Shown here: positions 58,292-64,000 of the stretch, piece after piece
How positions within the stretch are numbered: the first letter of the stretch is position 1
Layout of the letters: each line of letters starts with the position of its first letter
From: Dehalococcoidia bacterium
Lineage (GTDB): Bacteria > Chloroflexota > Dehalococcoidia > Plut-88900
Direction of reading: 5' to 3'
DNA length: 64,000 bases
Assembly: GCA_965197645.1 (NCBI GenBank)
Contig: OZ240219.1
Location: forward strand, 320,001-384,000
Program-made: the position numbers and the translations under genes
The notes under the pieces: model-generated
What the model saw: only the letters and a program-made list of their open reading frames with translations
Databases searched by the model: none
Told to the model about the DNA's origin: nothing

Positions 58292-59034
58292 TGTTTTTAC
58301 CGTGCCTCAATCATTACTTGGTCGACATCTCTCCGCCCATAGTCGAAGATATAATCAATTTAGAGTTTGCGAGTTACTATTCCCGTCAAAAAGCTACTTC
58401 AGAAAAGTGTACACCGTCAGCAGTAATGAGACAGATCTGAGGGCAGGAAAAGCCGAGAGTTTGGAGGGGTGTGGGCTCCTGAACCTGGTAGTCGATGATT
58501 CGTTGACTGCTCTGCCATGCCTGATGGAACGGAGTTTTCGGTCGATTGCTGACAACCATCATCAACCAACTCCGTTCAACACGATTGGTCCTTTAGAGGA
58601 TGGATCTTGAGAGGTTTAACGCCTGTAGGTCGTGTACTCTATAGATGAGTTACTAAGTCCGAAGTTCGCAGTTGAGCCTGGGCAGGGGTACCCGGCCTTA
58701 CTGTTAACACCTCTGCGTCACGGGTGCTCTGGCATAGTCAAGTTTACACCGTTTATGACTCATGCTACCGTTGCTCTCGTCGACGATGGCGTCGTGATTA
58801 GCCCAGGTCAGTTTGATATGAGCGATTCCGGCTAAGCCAGTCTGCATGATAACTTGACCGATTTGGTCTGTGGAGCATTGAGAGCCGGGTAGTCGTCGAT
58901 AATGGCGCCTCGACGGAAGGCGGGGCCGGATACTATCGTTGCAGGAGCTGCGTTATGGCCTGTGTGATGCCGCCCCGATAGAACCTTCCCGAGGATAACC
59001 ACCTGCACGAGAAAGGCAAGGAGGCACCATCGTC

Positions 59035-60321
59035 ATGTCCACCAGTTCCCTACCGGAGTTCCAGATTAAGGTCCTTCCCGAGCGCCTCTGTAACTATGGA
59101 CGGCTGCTGGAAACGATGGAAGCTCGAGGCCTGGATGGCATAGTCGCCACGTCCAGGTACAACGCATTTTACCTGAGTGGGTTCCATCCCAATGCCTACC
59201 ACCAGGACGAGCCGCCCCAGGCCGCTGTCGTGATATCAAGACACGAGCCTGACCACCCGGCAATGGTGGTAGCAGAGCACGTCATGGCGGGCTTCCTGCT
59301 CCAGCCGACCTGGTTGGAGGACATCCGCCCCTTCCGTTGTGTGATCACAAACCTGGACCTGGAGCTGAGCCAGTCGGATTTGGACCGCTTCATTCCGCAG
59401 TGGGGCATGAACACGCCGTGGGTCCAGCACGCTCGCGAGCACTACTCGACGAACATAGTCGAGGCTCTCAGGAACGTCATGCGGGATCTCGGGCTCGACA
59501 AGGGGAAAGTAGGGTTCGATTACCCCGGACTTGCTGGACCGCTTGGTTTCTCGGAACTGCAGGAGGTGGACGGCCGCGGTCCGGTTGTGTTCACCCGGCA
59601 GGTGAAGACGCCCGAAGAGGTCCAACTAATCCGCGAGGCGATTCAGATAAACCAGAGGTCCATCCATAAGACTGTGAAGGCTTGGGACAAAGGTATGACC
59701 TGGAAAGAGCTCAACTACGCCTATCACAAGGCTACTGTGGACGTGGGAGGCTACATAGACGACCCGCGGGGATTCGTCTTCGTTAACCCCAGGGGGTCGG
59801 ACTCTCACGTCTCCCTACGCAACGGACTGGACGACCACGTTGTTGAGTCCGGTACTAACATCATCTTCGATGGTCACGGCACCTGGAACATGTACTGCTG
59901 GGACGGCGGCAAGACATGGGTCGTGGATGACGAACCGGCGGGTAGCACGCACGAAGTAGCGGAGGCCACGAAGGCGGGGGTGATGGAGCTGAGGCAGATT
60001 ATGCGGCCCGGGATGAAGGTGAGCGATCTTCAGGCCAGGACAAGACAGGTCTTCAAGGGCTTCGGCGCGGCACCCGATTCGGTGTACATCTTCTTCCACG
60101 GGCTCGGTCTGAGCCACTCGGACCTGGAGCAGCATGTGTCGGAGGGCGAACCCCACCCGGACTGGGCTCTCGAGGAGGGCATGGTGGTGGCAACACACCT
60201 TCTCTCCCCAGGCAGCGACCGGGAGAGATACTGGGCAGAGGACGTCGTGTTGATACGAAACGACGGAGCGGAATCACTTTACACCTGGGACTTCGACCCG
60301 ATAACCGGTCGGGGTGACTGA
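59035..60321 (+). CDS. Divergent M24 (Xaa-Pro peptidase/creatinase) family protein
   Basis: GLDGIVA..NAFYLSG, VKTPEEV, DGHG..CWDGGKT, FHGLG, LEEGMVV, AEDVVLI. Confidence 0.8.
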   Translation: MSTSSLPEFQIKVLPERLCNYGRLLETMEARGLDGIVATSRYNAFYLSGFHPNAYHQDEPPQAAVVISRHEPDHPAMVVAEHVMAGFLLQPTWLEDIRPFRCVITNLDLELSQSDLDRFIPQWGMNTPWVQHAREHYSTNIVEALRNVMRDLGLDKGKVGFDYPGLAGPLGFSELQEVDGRGPVVFTRQVKTPEEVQLIREAIQINQRSIHKTVKAWDKGMTWKELNYAYHKATVDVGGYIDDPRGFVFVNPRGSDSHVSLRNGLDDHVVESGTNIIFDGHGTWNMYCWDGGKTWVVDDEPAGSTHEVAEATKAGVMELRQIMRPGMKVSDLQARTRQVFKGFGAAPDSVYIFFHGLGLSHSDLEQHVSEGEPHPDWALEEGMVVATHLLSPGSDRERYWAEDVVLIRNDGAESLYTWDFDPITGRGD

Positions 60322-60364
60322 GCCGGCACAGCGACAATGCAATTGCGATCATACACCCCGCGGT

Positions 60365-61216
60365 TCATTCGTCGGTGCCGAATGAAGTGAAGCTGTCCGA
60401 ACCGTCGTTCTGTATGACGTATTGGAACCGTAGCTCATCATGGTCTTCTCCCCGTGTATCGTCTTTGATCGAAAGCACACGGACGGCGGCATAGAACCCG
60501 TTTTTGTTCCGCAACACGACGATCTGACCGACGCAGGGAGTCCTTACAGGCGACGTGTAATCTAGTGATGAAGCATTGACTACCTGTTGTATGGTCGCCC
60601 ATTCGCGAGGAGCGAGAGCTATGCCGTTGATCGAAGGAGGATCGTTATACGCATAGATTCTGATGTCGCTTGCCTTACTCCATTTGGTTTCGAACTCCAG
60701 CGTACCGTGGCCGACAACATAGCGTCCGTTGTGGCTACTGTAGTCGAACACAGCCTCGCCGACCAGAGAAGTCATGCGAGGGGGAGGTACGTCAGAAGCC
60801 TTGCCCTCAAAAGGCTTTAGCCCTAGCTTCTGAACTATCATTGATGCGATCTCAGCCGGTGAGTGATCCCCAGCTTGGAGATAGTGAACGCTGTCTGGTA
60901 AGCCAGGCACTGCGGTGTCATCAAATCGGACAGGTAGGAGGTACTCACCCGGTTCCAGCACCGCTCTGCTCAATGCTGCTCGTCGTTCGTGCCTTGGCCA
61001 AGCCCTTTCGACCCAGGCCTTTGATATGAAGAGGACCACGCAGCCAGCCTTGTACTCGTACACGGCCTGCAACTCCTCGCCGAGATCCTTTCCCCACAGC
61101 GCGCTCTTCTCGAATTCATCGTAGAACACGCCTATGCCACGAGCTTGTAGAGCCAACGCTACCCCTTCAACGTATCTACGCTGTTCACCGGCAAAGGACA
61201 ATGCTACTTCATACAT
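60365..61216 (-). CDS. TIR domain protein with an uncharacterised C-terminal beta-rich domain
   Basis: YEVALSFAGEQR, VFYDEFE..LWGKDL, FISKAW..WPRHE (catalytic Glu), LLPVRFDD. Confidence 0.88.
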   Translation of the reverse strand: MYEVALSFAGEQRRYVEGVALALQARGIGVFYDEFEKSALWGKDLGEELQAVYEYKAGCVVLFISKAWVERAWPRHERRAALSRAVLEPGEYLLPVRFDDTAVPGLPDSVHYLQAGDHSPAEIASMIVQKLGLKPFEGKASDVPPPRMTSLVGEAVFDYSSHNGRYVVGHGTLEFETKWSKASDIRIYAYNDPPSINGIALAPREWATIQQVVNASSLDYTSPVRTPCVGQIVVLRNKNGFYAAVRVLSIKDDTRGEDHDELRFQYVIQNDGSDSFTSFGTDE

Positions 61217-61410
61217 GATCGAAGGTGGCGGTTTGACTTGATCTCTATTGAATCAGCATACACTATCTTTATGCTGTCACAGAGACAGAGGTGCGAGACT
61301 GAACTGATGCGACTGACCGCCGCCGGCCACCCCTATGAGACTACCGGCTCCGGTCGCCATTTCAACTTTCCAGGCAATGGGGTCCGTCTTGTCGGATCCC
61401 CGACCGTGCC

Positions 61411-62343
61411 TTATGTTCCGGTTGCCCAGGCTTTGATCAGATGGTGGGCTATAGCCGACGGTCCAGGCAGCTCCAGTTCCGGGTTTTTGCCGTCCAGAGC
61501 CAGAAGGACCTCCCTGCGCTGGAACCAACGGACGTCGGCCATCTCATCATCGTCCATTACGATGTCTGTGCTTGCCGCGTCCGCATGACAACCTATCATT
61601 AGCGACCATGGGAAGGGCCAAGGCTGTGAGGAGTGGTACCGGATGTTCTCCACCTGGATACCCGACTCCTCCCCGATTTCTCTCATCACGGCCTCTTCGA
61701 TCGATTCTCCCTGGTCCATGAAACCGGCGAGTGCGGAGTACATCTTCTCACCGAAGCCCCTGTCGCGGGAGCGACCCAGTAGGCAGTGGTCCTTATCCGA
61801 CACCAGAGTTATAACCACCGGATCAGTGCGGGGGAAGTGCTCGACATTGCAGTTTGAGCACTGACGTATTTGGCCACCGCGCTTGACGAACGTCTCGTGT
61901 CCACACACGGAGCAGAAGCCATTGCGATTGTGCCACTCCACCTGTATGTGGGCTTGGGCCACTATTCCACAGTCAGCTTTGCTCAGATTATCGGTGGCCT
62001 CATAGGCGTCCCTGAATCTCCATTTCCCGCTCTCGCGTAGCTCCAGTACCGCAGCGGCTTTACCTGATACATCGACGGCGAAACAGGCCTCCTGGCTCCT
62101 CAATCCCAGGAATATTGCCTTTGTAGCGACTCCCAGCCGGCCCAACTCATCGGCGCTCAACCAACCAAGGCGCTGATCTGGCCCGACGGAAACGAGGACT
62201 TCCAGGTCTGACAGCGGTAGGAACCTACTCGTAGGGTCCTTCGCCTTTCGGGCTAACCATTCTTCATCTCGGCGCTCACGGTCCCCTCTATCCAGGGGAT
62301 TGCTGGCGTAAACATGGGAGATCATCGATTGCTTGTTTCTCAT
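61411..62343 (-). CDS. nudC: NAD(H) diphosphatase (Nudix)
   Basis: FCSVCG/CSNC zinc ribbon, FPRTDP, GFMDQGESIEEAVMREIGEESG Nudix box, SQPWPFP. Confidence 0.95.
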   Translation of the reverse strand: MRNKQSMISHVYASNPLDRGDRERRDEEWLARKAKDPTSRFLPLSDLEVLVSVGPDQRLGWLSADELGRLGVATKAIFLGLRSQEACFAVDVSGKAAAVLELRESGKWRFRDAYEATDNLSKADCGIVAQAHIQVEWHNRNGFCSVCGHETFVKRGGQIRQCSNCNVEHFPRTDPVVITLVSDKDHCLLGRSRDRGFGEKMYSALAGFMDQGESIEEAVMREIGEESGIQVENIRYHSSQPWPFPWSLMIGCHADAASTDIVMDDDEMADVRWFQRREVLLALDGKNPELELPGPSAIAHHLIKAWATGT

Positions 62344-62486
62344 GGCCTCGTCCCGTGAAATTCTTCTTACGGTGATATGTTCAAGGTCTACATACTTTGA
62401 ATGCGAGCGGAGTCTACCAGGAACGGATATTATATCTAAGGTTGGGCGTATAATCCTTACCCGTCCTACTCACAGGAGGAGCAATA

Positions 62487-63437
62487 ATGGGAGCTGTAGA
62501 TTCGTTGCAGTCCCGGCTGAAGTCCGGGGAGGTCATCATCATGGATGGAGGCACAGGCTCTGAGCTCCATCGCCGAGGCCTGCCGGTAAGCGAGAAGGCC
62601 TGGTCCGGGGAGGCGATGTACTCTCACCCGGACGGCATTCGTGAGATTCATGAGGACTATATCCGGGTTGGTGCCGAGATCGTTATCGCCAACACGTTCT
62701 CAGCCAGTCGGTCCGTACTGAAAGAGGCGGGACTGGGCGAACGGACCGTCGAAATAAACAAGTTGGGTGCAAAAGTCGCCCGGGAAGCGCGAGACCGGTC
62801 CGAGGGGAACGGGTCGATAATAGTTGCTGGCTCCATGTCCACCTACGTTCCCTGGCTGGAACCGGCCGTAACCCCGTCCTATGAAGATATGTTGGCGGAC
62901 TACCGAGAGCAGTCCCAAGCCCTGGCAGAAGCCGGCGTCGACTTGATAGTGATCGAAATGCTGGTACGTACACTCGATGCCCGGGCCGCTGCAAAGGCGG
63001 CGGCCGAGACCGGGCTTCCCGTTTGGATAGGCTACTCGGTGGCAGAAGACGGGGGCAATCTGTATGTTGGAGTACGTGGTAGGCACGCTAACGAGAGCAT
63101 ACAGTCTGCCGTAGAAGCGGTATCGTTCGCCGGGGTTTCCGCCTTCTTCATCATGCACTCGGCCGTGGAGCATACCGGCCCCGGACTCAGGGAGCTACGG
63201 CAGTACACGGACCTACCCATTGGTGCGTATGCCCACGCAATAGGTCACCGCACCGGGCCTCTGCCCAAGGATATGGGCTGGAGGGAACTACCGCCGGAAG
63301 AATACCTGCGATATGCTCGGGACTGGATGACAGAGGGTGCCCAGATCATCGGGGGCTGCTGCGGCACTACCCCGGAGCACATCCGGGTACTCAAGGATGG
63401 ACTGCCTGCGCGGATTCCCGCTGCGGGTAAAGCGTAA
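62487..63437 (+). CDS. Homocysteine S-methyltransferase family protein (paralog of 47728-48651)
   Basis: MDGGTGSEL, HEDYIRVGA, IIGGCCGTTPEHI. Confidence 0.9.
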   Translation: MGAVDSLQSRLKSGEVIIMDGGTGSELHRRGLPVSEKAWSGEAMYSHPDGIREIHEDYIRVGAEIVIANTFSASRSVLKEAGLGERTVEINKLGAKVAREARDRSEGNGSIIVAGSMSTYVPWLEPAVTPSYEDMLADYREQSQALAEAGVDLIVIEMLVRTLDARAAAKAAAETGLPVWIGYSVAEDGGNLYVGVRGRHANESIQSAVEAVSFAGVSAFFIMHSAVEHTGPGLRELRQYTDLPIGAYAHAIGHRTGPLPKDMGWRELPPEEYLRYARDWMTEGAQIIGGCCGTTPEHIRVLKDGLPARIPAAGKA

Positions 63438-63507
63438 GAAATCCCGCCGGACTGTCGACAAAGATTGCTCCGTTCGGGGCGTTATCAGTTGCCGTGTCCG
63501 TCAATCC

Positions 63508-63909
63508 CTACTCGGAAGAGTGCCAGAGGCAGGCGCCGGCGCCGGCAAGAACGAGAGGGTTGAGAAACGAGACCAGCAGCCATCCGACGTTCTGTGCGTC
63601 GGACTGGGTATCGCCCATGATCAGGGAAAACCAGAGCGGGAAGAAGATGATGGCGAGGGCAAGGGAGATGTATACACCTGCCTGGGCGGTGAGCCGTCGG
63701 ACGGGGTCGGTTTCAGCTACCGAGCGGAGATTGACAATTGCGACTGCGATGGCAATCAGGATGCCGGCGCCCGTTATGAAATTGAAAACGTCCCAGATCT
63801 GCTCGGGGTCCAACGCGTCTACATAAAAGCGGCTGAAGAGCACCTGGGCCGTGTAGACGACGGCATATAGGAATAGGACGCCTCCGACGGCCCGTTTGGC
63901 ACCATACAT
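63508..63909 (-). CDS. Hypothetical 4-TM membrane protein
   Basis: Four hydrophobic segments; GGAG RBS upstream. Confidence 0.6.
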   Translation of the reverse strand: MYGAKRAVGGVLFLYAVVYTAQVLFSRFYVDALDPEQIWDVFNFITGAGILIAIAVAIVNLRSVAETDPVRRLTAQAGVYISLALAIIFFPLWFSLIMGDTQSDAQNVGWLLVSFLNPLVLAGAGACLWHSSE

Positions 63910-64000
63910 AGCGTCTCTCCCTTGCCTGGACTGACTTGCACCCTGGCTTGCAGTGTACTGGGTTCCACCCTGGCGGAACCCGAAATCACGTACCTCTTCT

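Noticed and set aside
58302-58835. Short ORFs in the island margin
   Set aside because: No RBS, motifs or coding-like composition

Overview
GC-rich bacterial chromosome segment, most likely from a Chloroflexota (Dehalococcoidia/SAR202-like) organism. This is inferred from gene style, paralog-rich catabolic content and repeat types, not from a marker search. A housekeeping core (tRNA-Pro, thrB-lysC, cysteine synthase, nfeD/SPFH, gyrA, rplU-rpmA-rpmE, a probable 6S RNA, hisH/A/F/IE, pduO) is flanked by accessory catabolic genes: amidohydrolases, two DddP-like M24 enzymes, an OYE-type flavoprotein, CoA-transferases, homocysteine methyltransferases, an amidase and a peptide ABC transporter. Main leads: (1) a tandem nucleoside hydrolase paralog with one in-frame TGA two codons before the catalytic His, followed by a SECIS-like hairpin, which is a candidate new selenoprotein; (2) an overlapping UDG-superfamily glycosylase plus Nmad-like gene pair, a candidate modified-DNA defence system; (3) a TIR-domain gene next to nudC; (4) a decayed island at tRNA-Arg with a serine-recombinase remnant; (5) a MITE/REP repeat family with a nested insertion; (6) several apparently leaderless genes. 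All family calls come from motif recognition by eye; no database search was run.
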